From NCBI GenBank assembly GCA_963796105.1, contig CAWCKJ010000002.1, positions 32,001 through 96,000 of the forward strand: 64,000 nucleotides of DNA. The letters run 5' to 3'. Made by a program: the position numbers and the translations under genes. The notes beneath the pieces were generated by a model, which had not been told where the DNA came from, did no database searches, and saw nothing but the letters and a program-made list of their open reading frames with translations. Numbering within the stretch: position 1 is the first letter of the stretch; each line of letters starts with the position of its first letter. Of this stretch, positions 42,026 to 50,728 are shown piece after piece. Source of the DNA: a candidate division FCPU426 bacterium. Its GTDB lineage: Bacteria > Oederibacteriota > Muellerivitia > Muellerivitales > Muellerivitaceae.

Positions 42026-42271
42026 ATGGAAACCACCGAAATTAAATCGAAAATCAAGGAAATCATCGCGGGCATGTTCGACGTCCAGCCTGGGGACATC
42101 CCCGACGCTAAACCGTTTCCTGAAATCTCGAAATACGATTCCATGAGGGCCTTGGAGTTCCTGGCCAAGTTGGAGACCGAGTTCAATGTCACCATCGATC
42201 CGGACCAACTCTACACAATGACAACGGTGGAAAAGACGGTAGAGGTCATCCGAAGCATGGTCAAGGACTGA
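42026..42271 (+). CDS. acpP: acyl carrier protein
   Basis: 81 aa, acidic; YDSM phosphopantetheine Ser; LETEFNVTI. Confidence 0.88.
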   Translation: METTEIKSKIKEIIAGMFDVQPGDIPDAKPFPEISKYDSMRALEFLAKLETEFNVTIDPDQLYTMTTVEKTVEVIRSMVKD

Positions 42272-42272
42272 A

Positions 42273-42722
42273 ATGGAAACGCCCAACGAGATCCAAGTTC
42301 AAACTTTGCTGAAACAACGCTATCCCTTTGTGATGGTGGATAAGGTCCTTTCCTGGGAGAAGTGGCGGGAACTCAAGGCAGTGAAAAATGTCACATTCAA
42401 CGAGCCCCATTTTCAGGGCCATTTTCCGGGATTCCCGATATTTCCGGGAGTCTTGACGATCGAATGTTTCGCCCAAGCCTCCGCTCTCCTGATCGGCCTT
42501 TCCCGGGATGAGCCCTTGGCCCCGGGTTTATTCGACGCCATTGGAACGGTCATGGATTTCCGATTGGAAAAACCCATCTTTCCCGGCGATCGCTTGGAAA
42601 GCAACGTGAAAATCGTCAAGATGGCGGGCTCGAATCGGATTTTGGAGGGGAAAATGTATGTGGATCAAGAGATCGTCGCGACTGGAAAAATGATTTTTGG
42701 GGAAATCAGATTGCCGAAATGA
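42273..42722 (+). CDS. fabZ: 3-hydroxyacyl-ACP dehydratase
   Basis: RYPFVMVD, KNVTFNEPHFQGHFP..PIFPGVLTIECFAQ. Confidence 0.92.
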   Translation: METPNEIQVQTLLKQRYPFVMVDKVLSWEKWRELKAVKNVTFNEPHFQGHFPGFPIFPGVLTIECFAQASALLIGLSRDEPLAPGLFDAIGTVMDFRLEKPIFPGDRLESNVKIVKMAGSNRILEGKMYVDQEIVATGKMIFGEIRLPK

Positions 42723-42757
42723 TTTATGGCGCTGAAAACCGCCGAAAAGGATGAGGG

Positions 42758-43477
42758 ATGAAAAAAATCGTTATCTCCGGCGGCTCTTCGGGAATCGGCA
42801 AGAGCCTGGTGGAAAAATTTTCCGAAAAGGGCTGGAAAGTCCACTTCACCTTTCATTCCAATGAGCCTTCAGCCCGGGAAATGGAACGGCGGTTCGAAGG
42901 CAAAATAAAAGCCCATAAGTTGGATGTCACGAATCGCGAGGCCTGCGACCAATTTTGCAAGAACGTTCTAAAAGAGGAAGGAAGCGTTGACGTATTGGTC
43001 AATAACGCGGGTATCACAAGGGACAAACCGCTTTTTGTCATGAAAGACGAGGATTGGTCGGAAGTCTTGAACACGAACCTTTCCGGGGTTTTTTACCTAA
43101 CACGGGCTTTTGTACTGGACATGTTGAAAAAGAAAAGGGGCCGAGTGGTCAATATCTCATCCGTCTCCGGCCTTCACGGACTCCCGGGGCAAACCAACTA
43201 TTCCGCCTCGAAAGCCGGGATCATTGGGTTCACCAAGGCCCTGGCCAAGGAAGCGGGCCCCTACGGCGTGACGGCCAATGTGGTGGCTCCCGGAGGCGTT
43301 ACAACGCCCATGATCGAGAAAATGACTCCGCAGGCCAAGGAAGCCATTCTCCAGGCGGTGCCGCTCAAAAGGTTTTGCGAGCCGGAGGAAGTCGCGCGGG
43401 TGGTATTTTTCTTGGCTGAGGAAGCCCCGAATTATATGAACGGCAGTGTCCTGGTCCTGGATGGCGGGGCGGGGTGA
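42758..43477 (+). CDS. fabG: 3-oxoacyl-ACP reductase
   Basis: SGGSSGIG, NNAGITRD, GQTNYSASK. Confidence 0.92.
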   Translation: MKKIVISGGSSGIGKSLVEKFSEKGWKVHFTFHSNEPSAREMERRFEGKIKAHKLDVTNREACDQFCKNVLKEEGSVDVLVNNAGITRDKPLFVMKDEDWSEVLNTNLSGVFYLTRAFVLDMLKKKRGRVVNISSVSGLHGLPGQTNYSASKAGIIGFTKALAKEAGPYGVTANVVAPGGVTTPMIEKMTPQAKEAILQAVPLKRFCEPEEVARVVFFLAEEAPNYMNGSVLVLDGGAG

Positions 43478-43484
43478 AAGGAAT

Positions 43485-44270
43485 ATGAAAGACAAGTTTC
43501 CGGATATAAAGGCCGATGAAATCCATATCCACCTTCTCTGGACAGAGCCAATAGGATTCCTGAATAACATGATTGAATTCCTGCCCCTTTTGCCCCCAGA
43601 CGAACAAGAAAAATACAAGCATTTCGGATCGGAAAGGCGGCGGCGGGAGTTCTTATCGTCCCGTTTACTGGTGCGCCATCTCCTAGCTGGATATTTGAAC
43701 AAGCCAATGGAAAGTATGGAATTCGGCTACTTGGAGCGGGGAAAACCCTTTGTTGAAGGCGCGGAATTACATTTCAATCTTTCTCATACTGACGGCCTCA
43801 TCGCTTGTTCTTTTGGCTGGGATGAGGTTGGGATTGATGTGGAAAAAGCGGATACCCAAGCACGGCCGAATTGGCGCCTCCTGGCAAAGAGATATTTTTT
43901 ATTGGAAGAACAAAATTTCCTGAATGGGCTATCGGAGGTGGATCAACCCATAACTTTTTTCAGGATATTCACCGCGAAGGAGGCTTTAGGTAAGGCCACG
44001 GGGCGGGGTATCAACTTCCAATTAAATGATTGTAATGTTCCTTTACCGCCCGTGGAACGCGCCCGGATGGGCCAGTGGGAATTTTTCTCAAAAACAATCA
44101 ACCGGGATGTTTATTGCATGGCGCAAGTTACTAACAATCCGACAAGCGTTCCGCTGAGATATCAAATTCGGTACTGGGGTGAGGAAAGTTTAATGGATTT
44201 CCTTCAACAGGATTTTTTCGAACGTCCTGGAAATCAAACCGCGGGCTTGCAAAGGGGGATATCCATATGA
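43485..44270 (+). CDS. Sfp-type 4'-phosphopantetheinyl transferase
   Basis: GKP..FNLSHT, VGIDVE, FTAKEALGKATG. Confidence 0.92.
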   Translation: MKDKFPDIKADEIHIHLLWTEPIGFLNNMIEFLPLLPPDEQEKYKHFGSERRRREFLSSRLLVRHLLAGYLNKPMESMEFGYLERGKPFVEGAELHFNLSHTDGLIACSFGWDEVGIDVEKADTQARPNWRLLAKRYFLLEEQNFLNGLSEVDQPITFFRIFTAKEALGKATGRGINFQLNDCNVPLPPVERARMGQWEFFSKTINRDVYCMAQVTNNPTSVPLRYQIRYWGEESLMDFLQQDFFERPGNQTAGLQRGISI

Positions 44271-45031
44271 AGACGAGTGGGAACACAGTTTTGATTACCG
44301 GGGGAGGGTCGGGGATTGGTTTGGCCTTGGCGAAGGAATTTTTAACCCGCGGGAATACGGTTGTGGTTTGCGACCATAAGGCACAGAGGCTTCGAGAGGC
44401 CAAAAAGGCAAATCCTGAGCTCCAAACAATTCTTTGCGATGTCAGAAGCCCAGCGCAACGCAAAAGGCTGATTGCCGCCGTGATAAAAAAGTTTTCAAAG
44501 CTTAATGTGCTTGTCAATAACGCGGCGGTGTCCATGTGGCATGATTTTGTTGTCCCGGAAAAGGATCAAAGCGTTCGGATTCAACAACAAATCGAGACTA
44601 ACATTTTGGCTCCTATCGAATTGACCAGGCTATTCCTCCCACACATTCTCAAGCAGGATTATTCCGCATTGGTATATATCACTTCAGGCCAGGCCTATGT
44701 TCCGCTTTCAAAAAAGGCCGTTTATGCGGCCACGAAGGCGGCCATTCATTCTTTTTCGCAATCGATCAGGTACCAGCTCAAGGACCGCCCGGTTTTAGTG
44801 ATGGAGGCCTTGCCCTCTTGGGTGGACACGGACATGATCAGGGACCTGGCCATAAAAAAGATGTCCCCTGAAAAGGTCGCCGGGGAAATATTGGCGGGGT
44901 TGGAGGAAAACACGCAAGAGCTCCGGATTGGCTTATCGGGCCTTTTATTTCACCTCAGCCGTTTGATGCCGCGCATGATGTGGAAGAAATTCAACGATTA
45001 CGCGCCAACGCCAAAAATGGATAAATTTTAA
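44267..45031 (+). CDS. short-chain dehydrogenase/reductase (DltE-like)
   Basis: TVLITGGGSGIG, NNAA, YAATK. Confidence 0.9.
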   Translation: MKTSGNTVLITGGGSGIGLALAKEFLTRGNTVVVCDHKAQRLREAKKANPELQTILCDVRSPAQRKRLIAAVIKKFSKLNVLVNNAAVSMWHDFVVPEKDQSVRIQQQIETNILAPIELTRLFLPHILKQDYSALVYITSGQAYVPLSKKAVYAATKAAIHSFSQSIRYQLKDRPVLVMEALPSWVDTDMIRDLAIKKMSPEKVAGEILAGLEENTQELRIGLSGLLFHLSRLMPRMMWKKFNDYAPTPKMDKF

Positions 45032-45056
45032 CCACTACGCACGGAAAAAAAGGCCC

Positions 45057-46598
45057 ATGGAAAAGACCCGACAATTCGACGCGATCGTCATCGGCTCAGG
45101 CATGGGCGGTTTAGCGGCCGCTTCCCTATTGGCCCAGATGAAGCGATACCGGGTTCTTGTTTTGGAAAGACATTTCAAGTTGGGGGGATTCATCCAGTCC
45201 TTTCAACGGCCAGGCGGTTACCATTGGGATGTGGGACTCCATTATGTGGGTGAGTTGGAGTCGAGAAGCCCCTACCGCCAGGCTATGGATTACATCACGG
45301 CAGGCCGGTTGAAATGGGTCAAAATGAAGGACCCTTTTGATGTGTTCCTCTATCCCGACTTGAGATTTGAGGTTTCCTCCGACCGCGCTGATTACCTGCG
45401 GAAACTCCAGGACCTTTTTCCTCAGGAGTCCGGACCCCTCCAGGATTATTTCTTGGATATCATCCGGGTCCGTGAAATCCTGATTGGGCGGTGGCTTCCA
45501 TCCGCTCAAATGCTGAAACGCGAGGAAGCCTACCGCCAAAATTATGATTTGATCCGGCAAACCCTCCAAACCTACCTCGATTCCCATTTCAGGGACAGCC
45601 GGCTCAAGGGTCTTTTGGCTTCGCAATGGGGTAATTACGGTCTGCCCCCGAAATTGGCTAGTTTCGGGACCCATGCCGCCACGGTTCGTCATTATTTGGA
45701 CGGGGGATATTATCCTTCCGGCTCCTCTTCCGCATTGGTGGACGTTCTCGCGGAAATTGTGAGGGAGGCGGGAGGCGAGCTTAAGACACGGCACCGGGTG
45801 GTCCGCATCCTAGTCGAGGACCGGAAAGCCAGGGGAGTGGAGGTGGAGACTTTGGGCGGACGGGTCAGGTTCGATGCCCCGGAAATATACTCGGACGCGG
45901 GCGCGGAGGCGACCTACAATGGGCTTCTTTCGGAAGAAACGCACGCTCCCGAGATCCTTAAGGAACTTTCCAATTCGCCGGTCCATGGGGTCGTTGTCCT
46001 GTACCTCGGCTTGAAATCCACCTGCGGATCTTTAGGCGTTCACGGGCAGAATTTTTGGATCTACGAACATTATGATCATGACGCGATGTGGGAAAATAGA
46101 AATTCCCTCGCGGGGGGGAAAGCCTCTTATTGCTTCCTTTCATTTCCCGGAATCAAGGACCCGGGCGCTAAAGCGCCCACGGCGGAAATTATCGCGGACC
46201 TTGACTACGATGTCTTCCAAACCTGGCGAGACAAGGAGTGGATGAGACGCGGGAGGGATTATTCAGCCTTGAAGACGAAGATCACCGAAACATTATTAAA
46301 TTTTGTAGAATCGAGGTTGCCGGGTTTCCGTAAGGAAGTGGCCTACGCCGAGCTGTCCACGCCCCTTACCGTCAAGCATTTCACTGGTTACCGCGGCGGG
46401 AACATTTACGGATTTCCCGGTGTTTCCAGCCGGTATGAAATGGAATGCTTTAAACCCAATACTCCCATTGAGGGCTTGAAACTCGTCGGCGTGGACGCGG
46501 GATCCTCCGGCATTTCCGGGGCGATGTTTGGCGGCCTTTTAGGCGTCGCGGCCCAGCATGGAAACGCCATTTTTCACGGACTGGCAAAAGGGAATTGA
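45057..46598 (+). CDS. FAD-dependent oxidoreductase, phytoene desaturase / retinol saturase family
   Basis: VIGSGMGGL, LERH..LGG, WDVGLHY, STPLT..GNIYG. Confidence 0.88.
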   Translation: MEKTRQFDAIVIGSGMGGLAAASLLAQMKRYRVLVLERHFKLGGFIQSFQRPGGYHWDVGLHYVGELESRSPYRQAMDYITAGRLKWVKMKDPFDVFLYPDLRFEVSSDRADYLRKLQDLFPQESGPLQDYFLDIIRVREILIGRWLPSAQMLKREEAYRQNYDLIRQTLQTYLDSHFRDSRLKGLLASQWGNYGLPPKLASFGTHAATVRHYLDGGYYPSGSSSALVDVLAEIVREAGGELKTRHRVVRILVEDRKARGVEVETLGGRVRFDAPEIYSDAGAEATYNGLLSEETHAPEILKELSNSPVHGVVVLYLGLKSTCGSLGVHGQNFWIYEHYDHDAMWENRNSLAGGKASYCFLSFPGIKDPGAKAPTAEIIADLDYDVFQTWRDKEWMRRGRDYSALKTKITETLLNFVESRLPGFRKEVAYAELSTPLTVKHFTGYRGGNIYGFPGVSSRYEMECFKPNTPIEGLKLVGVDAGSSGISGAMFGGLLGVAAQHGNAIFHGLAKGN

Positions 46599-46645
46599 AG
46601 GAAAAACAAGCTTCATCGCGCATGAAAATTTAATCAGGGAATCGA

Positions 46646-48064
46646 GTGGCCATGGCCGTGTCAACGAGTAAGGACATGTTTATTGTTTGCCGGAACAGCC
46701 AGGGAACGGAGTTCCGCGCCACGCTGCTGCGGCTGATGCAGTACACGGTCGTTTTCGAGGTCTACAATCCCTATAGCATCATTCAATTGGGGGAGGTCCT
46801 GACCAATTTCAAAATGGTCCTGAATGACCGCGTGGTTTATTCCGGAAAGGCCGTGGTCAGCAATTTGGTGAATACGGGAATCCTTCTGGTTTGCGAATGC
46901 ACCTTGGAAGAGAGCTGGTTGGACGTGAACGCATTCGCCTCCATACACAAGGAGGAAAGGCTCCAGGAGGAGTTCCAGGGATTTTTGAGGGATTGGGAGA
47001 AATTCCACCAAATCGACGATAAGCTCAAGGTGGCGGTGGCTGATTTGCAGACCTTCCTATTGGATGTCAGGCGTTGGCTGGAACAAGTGGAATTGGGCAT
47101 TCGTTCCGACCCCGCCAGGGAGCGAAGCCGGATGGAAATGGATGTTATCCTGAAATTGAGGGGTTCCATGTCCCCCGCCATTGACAAGCTTTTCCAGCGT
47201 TTCGAGAAAACGGCCGCCAGTATTCCCGAGGAATTCCGGGCCATCCATTGGTCCTACAGCAAGCAGCAGCTTCATCCCCTCATGCTATGCTCGCCATTTG
47301 TCTACCGGGTTTACCATAAACCTCTGGGTTACGCGGGTGATTACGAAATGATTAACATGATGTTGAGGGACCCTTACGAGGGCGCGTCTCTTTTCGCCAA
47401 GATATTGAACATTCACTTTCTGGACACGTCGCCTTGCCGGGCGCACCGGAACCGCATCAAGACTTTGACGCGGAATCTCAGGCGGGAGGCGGGGCGTGTA
47501 TTGAGGGAAAAAGGGGAGTTTCGGATCATCAATATGGGATGTGGGCCCGCCAAGGAAATCCAGGACTTTATCGTCGAAGAGGAACTGAGCGACCGCTCGA
47601 GTTTTGTCCTGATGGATTTTAACGATGAGACGTTGGAATATGCCGAAAAAACCTTGGAGGATGTAAAAAGGAAGCACCACCGTAGGGCTCGGATCCAAAT
47701 GGTCAAAAAATCGGTCCACCAAATCCTGAAGGAATCCTTCAAGGCTCCCGGCCCCCAAGAAATGAATTACGATTTCATCTATTGCGCCGGGTTGTTTGAT
47801 TATCTGGAGGACAGGATCTGCAAAAGATTGATGGAATATTTTTACGGCCTGTTGTCACCTGGTGGATTATTGCTTGCCACCAACGTGACCCCCAATAGTC
47901 CCATCCGGAATATCCTGGAAAGCCTGCTGGAGTGGCCGATGGTTTACCGGAACGCTGAACAAATGTCGGCCCTCATCCCCGACTTGGCGGGGAAAGGCTC
48001 CTTTAAAGTTTATACTGAGGAAACCGGTGTCAATATTTTCGCGGAAGTGAGGAAAGCCGGATGA
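46646..48064 (+). CDS. phcB: PhcB-like SAM-dependent methyltransferase (fatty-acid methyl ester signal synthase family)
   Basis: KPLGYAGDYEM, AHRNRI, MGCGPAKEI (SAM motif), YCAGLFDYL; about 470 aa; directly upstream of a membrane kinase and a REC-kinase regulator, as in phcBSR; recognised from memory, not by search. Confidence 0.75.
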   Translation: MAMAVSTSKDMFIVCRNSQGTEFRATLLRLMQYTVVFEVYNPYSIIQLGEVLTNFKMVLNDRVVYSGKAVVSNLVNTGILLVCECTLEESWLDVNAFASIHKEERLQEEFQGFLRDWEKFHQIDDKLKVAVADLQTFLLDVRRWLEQVELGIRSDPARERSRMEMDVILKLRGSMSPAIDKLFQRFEKTAASIPEEFRAIHWSYSKQQLHPLMLCSPFVYRVYHKPLGYAGDYEMINMMLRDPYEGASLFAKILNIHFLDTSPCRAHRNRIKTLTRNLRREAGRVLREKGEFRIINMGCGPAKEIQDFIVEEELSDRSSFVLMDFNDETLEYAEKTLEDVKRKHHRRARIQMVKKSVHQILKESFKAPGPQEMNYDFIYCAGLFDYLEDRICKRLMEYFYGLLSPGGLLLATNVTPNSPIRNILESLLEWPMVYRNAEQMSALIPDLAGKGSFKVYTEETGVNIFAEVRKAG

Positions 48065-50700
48065 ACAGGGATCTGCTCACCCAACCAGCAATGAAGAAGT
48101 TGTTCGCCGAGTATAACAGCCGCGAATGGGTGCGTTTGTTTAAGGTGGCATGTTGGGTTTGCGCTATCGCCATGCCTTCCGCGGTTTTCCTGGACATGAT
48201 CGACTATCCAAACTATGTCGCTTATTTCCTTGAGCTTCGGTTGGTTTGCGTGGCGCTAGCGATGGTTCTTTTGGGGGTGGTTTATACCCCCTGGGGGCCG
48301 CGCCACCAGTACATCTTAACCCTGTTCCTGGCCATCATCCCCCAGGGTTTCGTCTGTTGGATGATCTACATTACCGATGGCGCTGTTTCACCTTATTACC
48401 AAATCCTGAACCTGCCATTACTCATTTACTGCCTATTGTTCCCCTGGACCTACCTGGCAACCTTCAGTCTTTCCATCATCACCATGGTTTTTTACCTTAC
48501 CGCGTGTTTCGCGCATGGTGGGGCATCGGGAAGCGGGTTATTCCTCAGCAACATCATCTTTCTTCTTTACACGGTTTCTTTCGCGGTGATCGGGAGCTAT
48601 TTCACCAATGGCCTCCGCGCCAGGGAATTCATTTCCCAGTTCGAGCTGGACCAGAGCCGGAAACAGCTCGAGGAATCCAACCAAAAACTCGTCGAAATGG
48701 ACTTGGCTAAAAACCGGTTTTTCGCCAACATCAGCCACGAGTTGAGGACGCCCCTGACCCTGCTCCTTTCCCCGCTGGAATCGATCCAGAAGATGAAATC
48801 CCACCTGTTGGATGAGGAAACGAAGGGCGTCCTGAGCCTCATGCATAACAACGCCATGAGGCTGTTGAAGCTCATCAATGATTTGCTGGACCTGGTCAAG
48901 CTGGAGTCCGGCCGCACGGAAGTGAGCAAGGGCCCCCTCAAGGTGGAGGAGTTCATCAAGGGGCTGGCCCTATCCGTCCAACCGGCGGCTAAGGAAAAAA
49001 GGATCGCTCTTTCAACCACGGTGGGTGTCGCTTTGGGGACGATCCTGGCGGATCAGGACAAGCTGGAAAAGATCACCTTGAACCTGCTTTTTAATTCCTT
49101 GAAATTCACCCAGGCGGGGGGGCTGATCGAGCTTTCCGCGAATGCCGAGGGCCCATTCCTAGTGTTGAAAGTGAAGGACACGGGCATGGGAATCTCGGAA
49201 CTGGACCTGCCGCGCATATTCGACCGGTTTTGGCAGGCCGATACCTCCTCCCAACGCAAGTACCAGGGCACGGGCATCGGCTTAGCGCTGGTGAAGGAGC
49301 TCGCCGAGGCCATGGGCGGATCCATTTCAGCCGAAAGCCAGATGCATAAGGGCACGGCCATCTCCGTCAAGATTCCCCTCGAACGGCCTAAAGAAGAAGC
49401 GGCCAGCCTGCCGGATGTTTCTTCCGGGGCCGCCCCAGCCGGGGAAAAGGCTGAGTCCCCGGAATGGCTCTCCAGCCTCTACCGCAGGGCGGAGCTTTTC
49501 CCGGCCATCACCCCAGTCTCGGAAACCATCCGCCGGGACGATTTCAGCTCCGGCAAACCCAAGGTCCTGGTGGCCGACGACGAGCCGGATATGCTGCGCT
49601 ACCTGAGATCCCAATTGGAGGGGAATTTCACGGTCTTGGAGGCCGTGGATGGGAACCAGGCCGTGGAAAAAACGAGGCAGTTTCTTCCCGACCTCGTGCT
49701 CTTGGACATGATGATGCCGGAGAAAGACGGGGTGCAGGCCTGCCGCGAGATCAAATCCTCGGTCTCCACCCAATCCATTCCCGTGATCCTCCTGACCGCG
49801 CGGGCCGACGAGGAGACCCGCATCGCGTCCCTCAACGTGGGCGCGAACGACTTCCTGACCAAGCCTTTTTCCGCGACGGAATTGCACATTCGGGTCCGCA
49901 ACCTGGTCCAATCCCACGGGTATCAAAAAGATTTGGCCCTTGAAAAAAGTGCACTGGAAACGACACTCGAGCAGTTGAAGGAGACGGAGGGACAATTGGT
50001 ACAAAACGAGAAAATGGCTTCCCTCGGCCGCCTGAGTGCCGGTATCATCCATGAGATCAACAATCCCCTGAACTATTCCGTGGCGGCCCTGAGGCTCCTG
50101 CGGCCGCGGGAGGCGCAGCTTCCGGAAGAGGAGCGGGCCAAGTTCAAGGAGACCCTGGCCGACATCGAGGAGGGACTGGGTCGGGTCGCGGGAATCGTCT
50201 CGGATTTGCGGGCCTTCAGCCACCCGAAATCAGGCGGGATGGACCTGATCGACCTGGAGGATGTCGTCTCATTCTCCCTGCGCTTCCTGAACCATGAGCT
50301 GGCGGACAAGGTGAGGGTCGAGGTGGAGGTGCCGGGGGATCAGAAGGTGCTGGCGGACAAGAACAAACTGACCCAGGTTCTCATCAACCTGATCCAGAAT
50401 TCCCTCGACGCCTTCAAACGGAAGGATTTCCAGGGCGAGAAGCCGGTGATCTCGGTCAAAAGCCGGCAGGTGGATGGAAAGGTCCTGGTGGAATTCCGGG
50501 ACAACGGATCGGGAATTGGGGAGAAGGACTTGGACAAGATTTTCGACCCCTTTTACACCACGAAGGACGTGGGGGAGGGGATGGGGCTGGGCTTGAGCAT
50601 TTGCTACAAGGCGATGATGGACCAGGGCGGGAAAATCTCGGCGGCGAGCGAGAGGGGGAAATTCACACTTTTCACCCTGGAACTTCCCTCGGGGACTTAA
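48061..50700 (+). CDS. PhcS-like membrane hybrid histidine kinase (TM-HisKA-HATPase-REC-HisKA-HATPase)
   Basis: About 6 TM helices; SHELRTPL; GTGIGL; REC ADDE..LLDMMMP..TKPF; second IHEINNPL and GMGLGL. Confidence 0.88.
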   Translation: MNRDLLTQPAMKKLFAEYNSREWVRLFKVACWVCAIAMPSAVFLDMIDYPNYVAYFLELRLVCVALAMVLLGVVYTPWGPRHQYILTLFLAIIPQGFVCWMIYITDGAVSPYYQILNLPLLIYCLLFPWTYLATFSLSIITMVFYLTACFAHGGASGSGLFLSNIIFLLYTVSFAVIGSYFTNGLRAREFISQFELDQSRKQLEESNQKLVEMDLAKNRFFANISHELRTPLTLLLSPLESIQKMKSHLLDEETKGVLSLMHNNAMRLLKLINDLLDLVKLESGRTEVSKGPLKVEEFIKGLALSVQPAAKEKRIALSTTVGVALGTILADQDKLEKITLNLLFNSLKFTQAGGLIELSANAEGPFLVLKVKDTGMGISELDLPRIFDRFWQADTSSQRKYQGTGIGLALVKELAEAMGGSISAESQMHKGTAISVKIPLERPKEEAASLPDVSSGAAPAGEKAESPEWLSSLYRRAELFPAITPVSETIRRDDFSSGKPKVLVADDEPDMLRYLRSQLEGNFTVLEAVDGNQAVEKTRQFLPDLVLLDMMMPEKDGVQACREIKSSVSTQSIPVILLTARADEETRIASLNVGANDFLTKPFSATELHIRVRNLVQSHGYQKDLALEKSALETTLEQLKETEGQLVQNEKMASLGRLSAGIIHEINNPLNYSVAALRLLRPREAQLPEEERAKFKETLADIEEGLGRVAGIVSDLRAFSHPKSGGMDLIDLEDVVSFSLRFLNHELADKVRVEVEVPGDQKVLADKNKLTQVLINLIQNSLDAFKRKDFQGEKPVISVKSRQVDGKVLVEFRDNGSGIGEKDLDKIFDPFYTTKDVGEGMGLGLSICYKAMMDQGGKISAASERGKFTLFTLELPSGT

Positions 50701-50728
50701 ACCCGCCCAAAAGAATTCGGAGAGGCTC

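Noticed and set aside
39893..43477. Housekeeping fab operon
   Set aside because: Lacks plsX, fabH and fabD; includes an inactive KS, a dedicated PPTase and tailoring enzymes; the ACP is atypical
45057..46598. Carotenoid biosynthesis
   Set aside because: No phytoene synthase or other crt genes; the context is acyl-ACP chemistry
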